DNA of 36,466 bases from Cyanobacteria bacterium P01_A01_bin.123. GTDB lineage: Bacteria; Cyanobacteriota; Cyanobacteriia; Phormidesmidales; Phormidesmidaceae. Made by a program: the position numbers and the translations under genes. The stretch is from assembly GCA_039815185.1 (NCBI GenBank), contig JBCBZT010000064.1, positions 1 to 36,466 on the forward strand. The letters are read 5' to 3'. Every line of letters begins with the position of its first letter. The first letter of the stretch is position 1. Positions 1 to 9,060 of the stretch are shown piece by piece. Below the pieces are notes generated by a model. It made no database searches. It saw nothing but the letters and a program-made list of their open reading frames with translations, and was not told the DNA's origin.

Positions 1-276
1 GAAGTGCCTACAGCGATCGCATTCGGGGCGACCGAGCAGAAAATCTGGAAAAAGCGATCGCGACCTATGAATTGGCGTTGCAGGTTCGTACCCGTGAGGC
101 TTTCCCAGCAGATTGGGCAGCGACACAAAATAATTTGAGAAGTGCCTACAGCTATCGCATTCGGGGCGACCGAGCAGAAAATCTGGAAAAAGCGATCGCG
201 GCCTATGAATTGGCGTTGCAGGTTCGTACCCGTGAGGCTTTCCCAGCAGATTGGGCAATGACGCACAATAATCTGG
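1..276 (+). repeat. 138-bp intragenic tandem repeat, 2 near-identical units visible plus a diverged third
   Basis: 1-138 and 139-276 differ at 8 positions by manual alignment, with only 2 differences in the first 119 bp. Confidence 0.95.
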
Positions 277-1115
277 GCAATGCCTACCGCGATCGAATTC
301 ATGGAGAACAAACCAAGAATCTAGAGCAGGCAATCCAAACCTATAACCAAGCTGCTCAACTCTTTACCCGAGAAGCATTCCCCAATAAATGGGCAGAGAA
401 CCAAAGCAATTTAGCAGAGGCACTGACGAAACGGGCTTTACTAACAAGTAACTTCGCAGATTTAGATACTGCTATTGATTTGTTCCAACAAGCTTTAGAA
501 GTCGCAGTTCCTGGTAGTCCAGATTTCATCGACTCACAATACAGACTAGGCAACGCACTCTCCCGTCGCTACGAGCACAGCCAAAATCCCCAAGATTTAG
601 AACAAGCGCTGCAAGCCTACAAAATTGCCCTAGACGCCATCAGCCCAGAACACTACGACAGACGCCAAATCTGGCAAGCGCTACCCACGACCCAAACTAT
701 TCTGGGCAGTCGCCTGGTGCGCGACGGCCAATGGCAAGAAGGGTTACAGCTTTTACTCAACAGCGTCCGACAGCTCAGCACCAGCGATGATGTATTGGCC
801 CACGCCAATGCCCTATTCCAAACTGGACGTGCCCATGAAGCCCTCTCCGATTGGGATAATGCCCGCCTCTACTATCGCGACGCCCTCCGCCTCTATGACC
901 ATCTCAACGATCTACCCGGCATTACCAAAAGCCGCGCAGGGCTGGGTGGCGTCCTCGTTTCTCAAGGTCATCTCAAAAAAGGGTTGGCAGAACTCGCTCA
1001 AGCCCGCGATGGATATCATCAATTGCAACGGCCCGAACGAGCCGCTGAGATGGATAACCTCTATCAGGCCACCCAACGAGCCCTAGAGCGACAAGCGACT
1101 GAGGTATATGCATGA
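1..1115 (+). CDS. TPR-repeat protein, 5'-truncated by the window edge
   Basis: Frame is open from position 3 (SAYSDRIRGDRAENLEKAI...). It has 46-aa cyanobacterial TPR units 'RIRGDRAENLEKAIAAYELALQVRTREAFPADWAxTxNNLGNAY', then more divergent TPRs. The stop overlaps the next ATG (ATGA 1112-1115). Confidence 0.9.
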   Translation, partial: SAYSDRIRGDRAENLEKAIATYELALQVRTREAFPADWAATQNNLRSAYSYRIRGDRAENLEKAIAAYELALQVRTREAFPADWAMTHNNLGNAYRDRIHGEQTKNLEQAIQTYNQAAQLFTREAFPNKWAENQSNLAEALTKRALLTSNFADLDTAIDLFQQALEVAVPGSPDFIDSQYRLGNALSRRYEHSQNPQDLEQALQAYKIALDAISPEHYDRRQIWQALPTTQTILGSRLVRDGQWQEGLQLLLNSVRQLSTSDDVLAHANALFQTGRAHEALSDWDNARLYYRDALRLYDHLNDLPGITKSRAGLGGVLVSQGHLKKGLAELAQARDGYHQLQRPERAAEMDNLYQATQRALERQATEVYA

Positions 1116-2379
1116 CCACTGCCGACGATATCTTCGATCAGTCGTTTGCCAGCATAGAGCGCCTAGGACTAAGTGAGATCCCATTCACTGAAAGTCCGGT
1201 TGCTCTTGAAAGTAATACCCTGCACCGAATTTTTACAGGCCGAGAAAATGAGATGAGGCGTGTAGCTAACCAATTTAAAGGTCGGGAACGTCGCCGCATT
1301 TTGATTTCTGGCCGGATCGGCATTGGAAAAAGCGCTTTTCTGCTAGAAGTTTTGTCGGTATTGCGGCATAAGCGTCCTGAAATGCTGACGACCTACATTT
1401 CTCTGCCAGCTAATCTAGATCTTGCTACCACTGCATTAATCGCCGTAGCCCGTAAAATGTCTGATGACGAGTGGGCACAGCGTCAGCTCTATCAAATGGG
1501 CATTCCCACCGACAAACCCCTGAAGGAACGTAGTGCTGAAGTCAGCGGCAGTCTTGGCATTGGCGGCAAACTCGGTGAAAAAGACTTGCCAATTACCAAA
1601 CCGCAATACCCCACCGTCAGCCTGGATACGCTGCTAGAACGTGCCCAAAAGAAATATCCCCAAGGTGTAGTCATCGCCATTGATGACCTCGACAAGCAAA
1701 ACCCCAGTGCGGTTCGGCAACTAATGCACGATGCCCAAGGCATGCTAAAGGACGGGCCTGGTTTATGCTCACGGGTCATCCGATGGGCATGACTGGCGAT
1801 TTACTGACTAGCGAACGGGGACTGTTCGACCTCCAGTTGCCCCTCACAGAACTCGACCCGCCCACAACCTACAAAATGCTGATCAATTACCTCAGCAGCG
1901 CTCGGATTGATAACGATTGTGTTGATCCGAAAGATCCGCGTTGTGTATTGCCCTTCTTGCCCGAAACCGCTGCTAGGTTTTGCGAAGTTTCTTTGGGTAA
2001 ACCCCGTCTCTTCAATCGTTTGGGGAATACCGTCCTTTCAACAGCCGCCGATTTACAGGCAGAAACCATCACGCCAGAAGTCCTAGAACAAGGGTTAAGG
2101 GCAGCAGCGCCAACCTTGCGTCAACAAGCGGCATTAAACGTCCAAGAAGAGCGGGTTCGTTTATTGCTGCAACAGCGAGGCACAATTTCTGACGAAACAA
2201 TCACGCTAGAAGAGCTAGAACAACTGGGCTTTCGCAGCTTCAGCGATATTTTACCGTTTTTAGAACGTCTGGAAGAAGCTGATCTAGCCCATCAGCTCGA
2301 TCAAGATGATGTCAAAGCATTTGCGCCCATCCCATTACCGTCGGCAGAGGCAGATGAGGACGTTGCATCAGGATCCTGA
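1112..2379 (+). pseudogene. P-loop ATPase (AAA+/STAND-like) with probable C-terminal winged helix, split by a one-base frameshift at about 1748-1751
   Basis: ORF 1112-1792 has 'FTGRENE', Walker A GRIGIGKS and Walker B VVIAIDDLD. ORF 1765-2379 continues in the -1 frame. Adding one base gives the continuous ...MLKGRAWFMLTGHP... and a 422-aa product. Pseudogene, sequencing error and recoding cannot be distinguished here. Confidence 0.75.
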
Positions 2380-3096
2380 TGGCGCGATCGCCCTAACGTC
2401 TTCAACCGCTAATCCCAAAGCTGCTGCTACCTGCTCAACTGACAAGCCCATGCTCAGTAACTGAGGAACCGCTGCCTGCTGAGCTTGTTCAGCCGCGATC
2501 GCCCGAGCTTCCGCCGCCTGCATACGCTGTCCTAGTTCCACATAGGTTAAGAATAGGTCACCACTGGGGGTAAAAATTTTCAGCGTCTCTGCCGTCAGTT
2601 CAAAGCGAATCCCTAAGCGGGGGCTGACCCAGCCCGAAAGCGGTTCTATAATCACAAACCGTTCATCTTGACGGATCCAACCATTGAAATCGACTCGATT
2701 GGGATCGTAAAGATAATATTCTTCAACCCCGAAGCGATCATAAAAGGCAAACTTTTCGGCCAGATCTCGCAGGGTATTGCTCGGGGAAAGAATCTCAAAA
2801 ACAACTTGAGGGGCAATGTTTGCTTCTTCCCATTGTTTATAGGAACCCCGATAGCCTTTGGGTCTACCACAAGCAACTAGCACATCAGGGGCACGGCATA
2901 GCTTAGAATCACCCTCTACCGGATACCAGAGCAAATCTCCCGCAATAAAAATCTGTTCATCTGTTGCCAATAGAAGTTCCAAGTTTTCTTTGATCGTGAC
3001 GATCCACTCAAATTGCAGTGTGTTATCCGCCATGGGTTGACCGTCACTGTCGGGGTAGAAGCTTGTCGTATTTTCGGGCTTAACCTGCTGAACCAT
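2368..3096 (-). CDS. Uma2 (DUF820) family putative PD-(D/E)XK endonuclease
   Basis: Motifs YPDSDGQPMADNT, APDV, VVFEILSPSN and FYDRFGVEEYYLYDP. Confidence 0.92.
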   Translation of the reverse strand: MVQQVKPENTTSFYPDSDGQPMADNTLQFEWIVTIKENLELLLATDEQIFIAGDLLWYPVEGDSKLCRAPDVLVACGRPKGYRGSYKQWEEANIAPQVVFEILSPSNTLRDLAEKFAFYDRFGVEEYYLYDPNRVDFNGWIRQDERFVIIEPLSGWVSPRLGIRFELTAETLKIFTPSGDLFLTYVELGQRMQAAEARAIAAEQAQQAAVPQLLSMGLSVEQVAAALGLAVEDVRAIAPSGS

Positions 3097-3180
3097 AACG
3101 CCAACTTGCCGGATCTATAGCTTTAGGTTAACTGATTTGACGACTGCGGTAATGGCTGAAACCAAGGCTAGCTAGCCTTT

Positions 3181-3284
3181 TATAGCCGTAGCCACAAAGC
3201 TTTGTGGCTACGGCGAGCCAGATTGCTTGTGTGTTGAGCATCCCAGCGATACTCGGTGCATTAAGCAATCTGGCCAGCGCTATA
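3181..3284. mobile_element. MITE-like element with TATAGC...GCTATA inverted ends and two internal hairpins
   Basis: Ends TATAGCCGTAGCCA and TGGCCAGCGCTATA are 11/14 complementary. It contains a perfect 30-bp palindrome (3185-3214) and a long stem-loop (3217-3274). A second copy lies near 23461. Confidence 0.6.
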
Positions 3285-3372
3285 GTCCCAGCCCTATGCA
3301 TTGCGCCCCCTGCCCTTTATGCTTGATGTGTGAACGGGAACTGGCCAGGGTTTATTAGAGTTAAGGGATACC

Positions 3373-4815
3373 ATGCGAATTTTGTTTGTAGCGGCAGAAG
3401 CGGCTCCCCTCGCCAAAGTGGGTGGTATGGGGGATGTGGTCGGGTCTCTGCCCAAGTTTTTGCGGGCAATGGGACATGATGTTCGCATCTTTATGCCTTA
3501 CTACGGTTTCATGCCCGACAAGGTCAAAATCCCCAAGGAACCGGTGTGGCAGGGAGAGGCCATGTTTCAAAGCTTCTCCATCTACGAAACCCGCTTACCT
3601 AAGTCTGATGTCCCCCTCTATTTAATGGGTCATCCCGTCTTTGACCCCCGGCGGGTTTATTTTGGTGATGATGAAGCATGGCGGTTTACCTTTTTTGCCA
3701 ACGGCGCAGCAGAATTTGCTTGGAACTATTGGAAGCCCGAAATCATTCACTGCAATGACTGGCACACGGGCATGATTCCCGTGTGGATGCATCAATCCCC
3801 TGATATCAGCACTGTATTCACCATTCACAATTTGGCTTACCAAGGCCCTTGGCGCTGGAAGCTCGAACAAATGACCTGGTGCCCTTGGTATATGGAAGGG
3901 CACAACACCATGGCAGCAGCGGTGCAGTTTGCCGATCGCGTCACCACCGTCTCCCCCACCTATGCCCAGCAAATCCAAACGGCGACCTATGGCGAAAGCC
4001 TAGAGGGGCTGTTGTCGTTTATCAATAGCAAACTGTCTGGCATCCTCAACGGCATTGACGTGATTGAGTATGACCCAGGCACAGATCCAGTGCTGAATCA
4101 AACTTTCTCTGTCAACGAACTCGACGCTCGCAAAGCCAATAAGATCGCACTCCAAGAAGAGATGGGGCTAGAGGTCAATTCCCAGGCCTTTTTGCTAGCG
4201 TTTGTGGGTCGCCTGGTGGAGCAAAAAGGCTTAGACCTGGTTTTGCAGGTGCTCGATCGGTTTTTGGCCTACACCGATGCTCAGTTTGTGCTATTGGGTA
4301 AGGGCGATCGCTACTATGAAACCCAGCTCTGGCAACTGGGGTCGCGCTATCCGGGTCGGATGTCAACCTACGTACTCTACAGCGACAGCTTGGCCCGCAA
4401 AATCTATGCCGGAGCTGATGCCTTTTTGATGCCCTCCCGGTTTGAGCCGTGTGGCATTAGCCAACTATATGCCTTGCGCTATGGCTGTATTCCTATTGTG
4501 CGCCGCACGGGTGGGCTGGTAGATACCGTACACCCCCATGATCCAATGGCTCACACAGGGACAGGCTACAGCTTCGATCGTTACGAGCCTCTGGATTTAT
4601 ACACCAGCATGGTGAGAGCTTGGGAGGGCTTCCATTACAAAGATCGCTGGTCTGAACTCCAACAGCGAGCTATGCAGCAAGACTTTAGCTGGACCCAATC
4701 GGCACTAGAATACCTCAAGCTCTACAGTGGCATTTTAGGTTTGCCCTATGAAACCCAAATCCCGGTAGAGTTTGGAGGCAAGCCGGAGATCACCAAGGCT
4801 TCAAAAGTCGTTTAG
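3373..4815 (+). CDS. glgA: glycogen synthase
   Basis: [22 protein letters not shown] (KxGG motif), [25 protein letters not shown]. Confidence 0.97.
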   Translation: MRILFVAAEAAPLAKVGGMGDVVGSLPKFLRAMGHDVRIFMPYYGFMPDKVKIPKEPVWQGEAMFQSFSIYETRLPKSDVPLYLMGHPVFDPRRVYFGDDEAWRFTFFANGAAEFAWNYWKPEIIHCNDWHTGMIPVWMHQSPDISTVFTIHNLAYQGPWRWKLEQMTWCPWYMEGHNTMAAAVQFADRVTTVSPTYAQQIQTATYGESLEGLLSFINSKLSGILNGIDVIEYDPGTDPVLNQTFSVNELDARKANKIALQEEMGLEVNSQAFLLAFVGRLVEQKGLDLVLQVLDRFLAYTDAQFVLLGKGDRYYETQLWQLGSRYPGRMSTYVLYSDSLARKIYAGADAFLMPSRFEPCGISQLYALRYGCIPIVRRTGGLVDTVHPHDPMAHTGTGYSFDRYEPLDLYTSMVRAWEGFHYKDRWSELQQRAMQQDFSWTQSALEYLKLYSGILGLPYETQIPVEFGGKPEITKASKVV

Positions 4816-4995
4816 TTATCATCAGAACAATTGACGGACGGCATTTAACCGCCACCCAGCTTTAAATCAATACCTACCGCTTAGGAGCTCCTGAGTCTTA
4901 AAACTGAACTGATCAGGGCAAAGGCTCTGGCTTGCCGTGGCATCATAGGATCTAAAGCAGTCGTGCTCCACACAGCACCATGTGACCTCTTCGAT

Positions 4996-5217
4996 ATGAA
5001 ACATTTTTTACTATGGGCGATTGGGTTTGGCATTTATTGGGTGGGGCTGCGCCTGGATGAAGAAGTGCTGATGATTGTCGCAGCGATCGCGGGATCATTT
5101 TTTATCTTGTGGGGGTTACTCTCAGCCCCAATGCAGCTGCAACTGGTTGTTGAAATTGCCTGTGTGATTGCTTTGTTTTCAGTCTGTATGAAGTGTATTG
5201 AACGGGGCTTAGATTAG
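4996..5217 (+). CDS. small hydrophobic membrane protein (73 aa, about 3 TM segments)
   Basis: ATG at 4996, strongly hydrophobic sequence, ends 18 bp before the ALDH start. Confidence 0.7.
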   Translation: MKHFLLWAIGFGIYWVGLRLDEEVLMIVAAIAGSFFILWGLLSAPMQLQLVVEIACVIALFSVCMKCIERGLD

Positions 5218-5235
5218 TCCTAAGGAGGTGCTGCC

Positions 5236-6612
5236 ATGGTACAGCTGACTCAATCCCCAGTTGAATCGCTAATCGCTGAGCAGCGAGCCTTTTTTGCTAC
5301 GGGCAAAACGCGATCGCGCGATTTTCGCCGAACCCAATTGCTGCGGCTGCAACAAGCCATTGAAACGCACGAGGCTAAGATCACAACAGCGCTACAGGCC
5401 GATCTGGGCAAGCCAGCTTTTGAAGCCTACGCGACGGAAATTGGGCCTACAAAAGAAATCCGCTATGCCCTGAAGCATCTCAAACGTTGGATGCACCCCC
5501 AGAAAATCCCTGTTCCCATGTCCTTACAACCGGGGACAGCCCAGCGATATCCGGAACCGCTGGGAGTGGTGTTGATTATCAGTCCTTGGAACTATCCATT
5601 TTATCTGGGAATTTTGCCCTTAGTGGGGGCGATCGCAGCCGGGAACTGTGCCATCCTTAAGCCGTCAGAACTCTCGCCAAACACTTCTGCAATCCTGACC
5701 CAACTCATTTCGACCACCTTTAAGTCTGATTACATTAGTGTGATCGAAGGCGGAGTAGATACCAGCCAGGCACTGCTCGACCAAAAATTTGACCACATCT
5801 TTTTTACAGGGAGTACCCACGTGGGCCGGATCGTCATGCAGGCAGCGGCAAAGCAGTTGACCCCAGTGACACTAGAACTGGGGGGCAAAAGCCCCTGTGT
5901 TGTCGATGCCGACATTGATGTTTCGGTAACTGCTCGACGCATTGCTTGGGGCAAGTTCATTAATGCAGGGCAAACCTGCATCGCCCCAGATTATTTACTC
6001 GTAGATGCCAAAATCAAGTCCGATTTCCTCGCAGCACTGAAGCAAACTCTGGGCAAGTTTTACAGTGATGAGCCGAAAGCCAGCCCTGATTTTGCTCGCA
6101 TTGTCAGCGACAAGCATTTCCAACGGTTGGCTGATTTAATCACTGGGGACGTGGTGATTGGGGGAGAGACCGATAGGCGCGATCGCTACATTGCCCCCAC
6201 CGTGATTGATAATGTCACCCCTGATCATCCAGTCATGGGGGATGAAATCTTTGGCCCAATTTTGCCCGTGCTGACCTATGAGACCTTAGACGACGCGATC
6301 GCATTGATTAACCAGCGACCCAAGCCCCTAGCCGCCTACGTATTTTCAAACAACCGCACAGTTCAGCAGCGGATCCAGCACGAAACCTCCTCTGGCGGAT
6401 TGTGCATTAACTACACCGTGCTCCAGGCTGCGGTTGCCGATCTACCCTTTGGTGGCGTCGGCGATAGTGGCATCGGCGCTTACCATGGTAAGGCCAGTTT
6501 TGATGTATTTTCCCACTATAAAAGCGTGTTGAAGAAGCCGTTCTGGTTGGATATGTCCCTGCTTTATCCGCCATACGGCGACAAACTCAAGCTCCTCAAA
6601 AAACTCATGTGA
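5236..6612 (+). CDS. NAD(P)-dependent aldehyde dehydrogenase (ALDH3/fatty aldehyde type)
   Basis: PWNYP, FTGS, LELGGKSP, GQTCIAPDY (catalytic Cys), EIFGP and PFGGVG motifs. AGGAGG RBS upstream. Confidence 0.96.
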   Translation: MVQLTQSPVESLIAEQRAFFATGKTRSRDFRRTQLLRLQQAIETHEAKITTALQADLGKPAFEAYATEIGPTKEIRYALKHLKRWMHPQKIPVPMSLQPGTAQRYPEPLGVVLIISPWNYPFYLGILPLVGAIAAGNCAILKPSELSPNTSAILTQLISTTFKSDYISVIEGGVDTSQALLDQKFDHIFFTGSTHVGRIVMQAAAKQLTPVTLELGGKSPCVVDADIDVSVTARRIAWGKFINAGQTCIAPDYLLVDAKIKSDFLAALKQTLGKFYSDEPKASPDFARIVSDKHFQRLADLITGDVVIGGETDRRDRYIAPTVIDNVTPDHPVMGDEIFGPILPVLTYETLDDAIALINQRPKPLAAYVFSNNRTVQQRIQHETSSGGLCINYTVLQAAVADLPFGGVGDSGIGAYHGKASFDVFSHYKSVLKKPFWLDMSLLYPPYGDKLKLLKKLM

Positions 6613-6689
6613 GGGAGAACCCCCAAAAACCAACGTGAGGGAGAGTCCCTCAACGCTACAGCGGCTTCACTTTTTAGCAATTCACGCCT

Positions 6690-7532
6690 ATGTATCCCCC
6701 CGTTGACCCAATTATTTTTGAATTCGGCCCCATTGCCCTCCGGTGGTATGGCCTCTTGATGCTGGCCGCAATTTTGATCGGCTCCTTCGTCGCCAGTCGA
6801 TGGATTCAACGCAAAGGCCAAAATCCAGAGGAATTCTGGGACATGCTGTTTTGGGTGTTGATTCCGGCTTTTATTGGCGCACGGCTGTATTACGTGTTTA
6901 TTCAGTCTCCTCGGGATGCCGGGGGAATTGGCTACTATCTGTCAAATCCAATGCAGATTCTCAACGTCATGGGCGGCGGCATCCATATTTTTGGGGCGTT
7001 TATTTTTGGCGGCCTCGCGATTTGGCTCTATACTCGCGTTCGCAAGTTGCCCTTGGCAATCTATCTCGATGCAGTGGGGTTATGTTTACCCATTGCCCAA
7101 GCGATTGGACGGTGGGGCAATTTCATCAATCAAGAACTCTACGGTCCCCCGACCACCTTACCCTGGGGGTTGCGCATCGATCCCAATCACCGGATTCCGC
7201 CCTATAACGACTTTGTAGAGTATCCCCCGGCTACCCGATTTCAGCCGCTGTTCCTTTACGAAAGCCTGTGGAACTTTATTGGGTTTGCATTGATTTTTTG
7301 GATCTCCCGACGGTTTGAGGGCCAGCTAAAACCGGGAGACTTAGGGCTGATGTATTTGTTTTGGTATCCATTCGGGCGCTTTTTTATTGAGTTTTTACGC
7401 ACAGATTCTTGGTTCTTTCCCGGAACGCCATTCAATATGGTGCACATCCTGTGCGCGATCGCCGTTGTGGTCGCCATCATTACGCTCTATCGCCGCCACC
7501 GCACCCGTCAACCCTCCCGTCAACAGGGATAA
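6690..7532 (+). CDS. lgt: prolipoprotein diacylglyceryl transferase
   Basis: RWYGL, GARLYYV, Lgt signature GRWGNFINQELYG, LYESLW, RFFIEFLR. Confidence 0.9.
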   Translation: MYPPVDPIIFEFGPIALRWYGLLMLAAILIGSFVASRWIQRKGQNPEEFWDMLFWVLIPAFIGARLYYVFIQSPRDAGGIGYYLSNPMQILNVMGGGIHIFGAFIFGGLAIWLYTRVRKLPLAIYLDAVGLCLPIAQAIGRWGNFINQELYGPPTTLPWGLRIDPNHRIPPYNDFVEYPPATRFQPLFLYESLWNFIGFALIFWISRRFEGQLKPGDLGLMYLFWYPFGRFFIEFLRTDSWFFPGTPFNMVHILCAIAVVVAIITLYRRHRTRQPSRQQG

Positions 7533-7548
7533 ATTCTCCCCCTTCCTC

Positions 7549-7618
7549 GTACAGACGCGATTCATCACGTCTCTATACCCCCAACCCCCGACAGGGACGC
7601 GGTGGATCGCGTTCCTAC
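7549..7618. repeat. pair of REP-like imperfect palindromes
   Basis: GTACAGACGCGATTCATCACGTCTCTAT (7549-7576) and ACAGGGACGCGGTGGATCGCGTTCCTAC (7591-7618) share a GACGCG...CGCGT-type stem. Confidence 0.7.
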
Positions 7619-7646
7619 CGCCGTTATCCCATTCCACATTCCCCCT

Positions 7647-9041
7647 ATGTCCCCCCAATTACTGATCATTGGCCTTGACTGCATGGCCCCTACCCTTGTG
7701 TTCGACCAATGGCGATCGGATCTCCCCAACCTGACCGCGCTGATGAACCGGGGCAGCTACGGCAAACTCGAAAGCTGCATCCCCGCGATCACCGTCCCGG
7801 CTTGGAGCTGCATGATGAGCGGGCGCGATCCGGGGGAGTTGGGCATTTATGGATTCCGCAATCGGCTGAATCGGGGCTATCAAAAGATGGCGATCGCAGA
7901 CGGTAGAGCGGTTAAAGTTCCTCGCCTCTGGGATCTGTTAGGCCAAGCGGGGTGGACCGTCGCAACCCTGAGCGTCCCTGGGACCTCCCCACCATATGAG
8001 GTCAACGGCTCAATGGTGTCCTGTTTTTTGACCCCCAACACTGAGGCACCCTACACCCATCCACCCGAGCTAGCCGAACGGATTCAACACTGGCTGCCCG
8101 AGTTTATGCTCGACGTGCCCCAATTTCGCTCAGATGACAAAGACCGGATTTTGCGAGACCTCTACACGCTTTGCGACCAGCGCTTTACCCTGGCCGAAAA
8201 ACTGCTCGTCGATCAATCCCCCGACTTCTTAATGTTGGTAGACATGGGTGTCGATCGGATTCACCATGCCTTCTGGAAGCCCATGGATCCACGCCATCCC
8301 CAATATGAGCCCAACTCCCCCCACGCCAATGCCATCCACGATTACTACGTTCATGTGGATCAACGGGTTGGCGAGTTGTTAGCCTATACCGACGACGATA
8401 CCATTGTGCTAGTCGTCTCCGACCACGGGGCACAACCCTTGATGGGTGGCATTTGCCTGAATGATTGGTTACAGCAACAGGGGTATCTAACATTGCAAGA
8501 AACCCCTAACGCAGTAACACCTTTAGATGAAATTGCCGTGGACTGGAGCCAAACCCAAGCGTGGGGCGCTGGGGGCTACTATGGCCGTATTTTTCTCAAT
8601 GTGCAGGGGCGCGAACCTGAAGGCGTGATTCCGCTAGGGGAATATGAAAGCACGCGATCGCGCCTTGCGGCCCAATTGGAAACCCTAACTGCGCCAGATG
8701 GCAGTCCCCTCAATGTCAAAGTCTTCAAACCCCAGCAAATCTATCAAAAAGTCCGGGGCATTGCTCCCGATCTAATTGTGTACTTTGACGATTTAGCCTG
8801 GCGCTCCATTGGCACTGTCGGCAATCCTGCCCTTTATGCCGCCAACAACGATACCGGGCCAGACGACGCCAACCACCATCCCCAGGGGCTGTTTATCTAT
8901 TTTGATCCAGCCAATCCAGAGGGAGGACGCCAGATTCAGGGGGCGCAGCTCTATGACGTCGTGCCGACCCTACTGAATCGCTTTGGAGTGGAAGCTCCGA
9001 AAGGATTGCGAGGCAAGGTGTGGGAGATATCGCCAAGCTAG
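7647..9041 (+). CDS. alkaline phosphatase superfamily, type I phosphodiesterase/nucleotide pyrophosphatase
   Basis: IIGLD, PAITVPAW (Thr nucleophile), DRIHH, VSDHG and NHHPQG metal-ligand motifs. Start placed at ATG 7647, after the repeats. Confidence 0.88.
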   Translation: MSPQLLIIGLDCMAPTLVFDQWRSDLPNLTALMNRGSYGKLESCIPAITVPAWSCMMSGRDPGELGIYGFRNRLNRGYQKMAIADGRAVKVPRLWDLLGQAGWTVATLSVPGTSPPYEVNGSMVSCFLTPNTEAPYTHPPELAERIQHWLPEFMLDVPQFRSDDKDRILRDLYTLCDQRFTLAEKLLVDQSPDFLMLVDMGVDRIHHAFWKPMDPRHPQYEPNSPHANAIHDYYVHVDQRVGELLAYTDDDTIVLVVSDHGAQPLMGGICLNDWLQQQGYLTLQETPNAVTPLDEIAVDWSQTQAWGAGGYYGRIFLNVQGREPEGVIPLGEYESTRSRLAAQLETLTAPDGSPLNVKVFKPQQIYQKVRGIAPDLIVYFDDLAWRSIGTVGNPALYAANNDTGPDDANHHPQGLFIYFDPANPEGGRQIQGAQLYDVVPTLLNRFGVEAPKGLRGKVWEISPS

Positions 9042-9060
9042 ATTGCAGCCATAGGAATCT

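Noticed and set aside
1..276. 138-bp repeats as a CRISPR array or a DGR template/variable pair
   Set aside because: The units are contiguous, in-frame coding repeats with no spacers. The differences are not adenine-specific, and no cas or reverse transcriptase gene is in the window.
1765..2379. Independent 204-aa gene
   Set aside because: It begins mid-domain and joins the upstream ATPase half cleanly with a one-base correction.
200..2383. Absence of HIP1 sites as evidence that the TPR-ATPase module is foreign
   Set aside because: Gaps of similar size occur in ordinary regions (about 2500-4300 and 23350-25490).
6609..6652. GTGAGGGAGA direct repeat and TGAGGGA/TCCCTCA hairpin after ALDH
   Set aside because: Short, with no U-tract. 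There is not enough support to call it a terminator or a target-site duplication.
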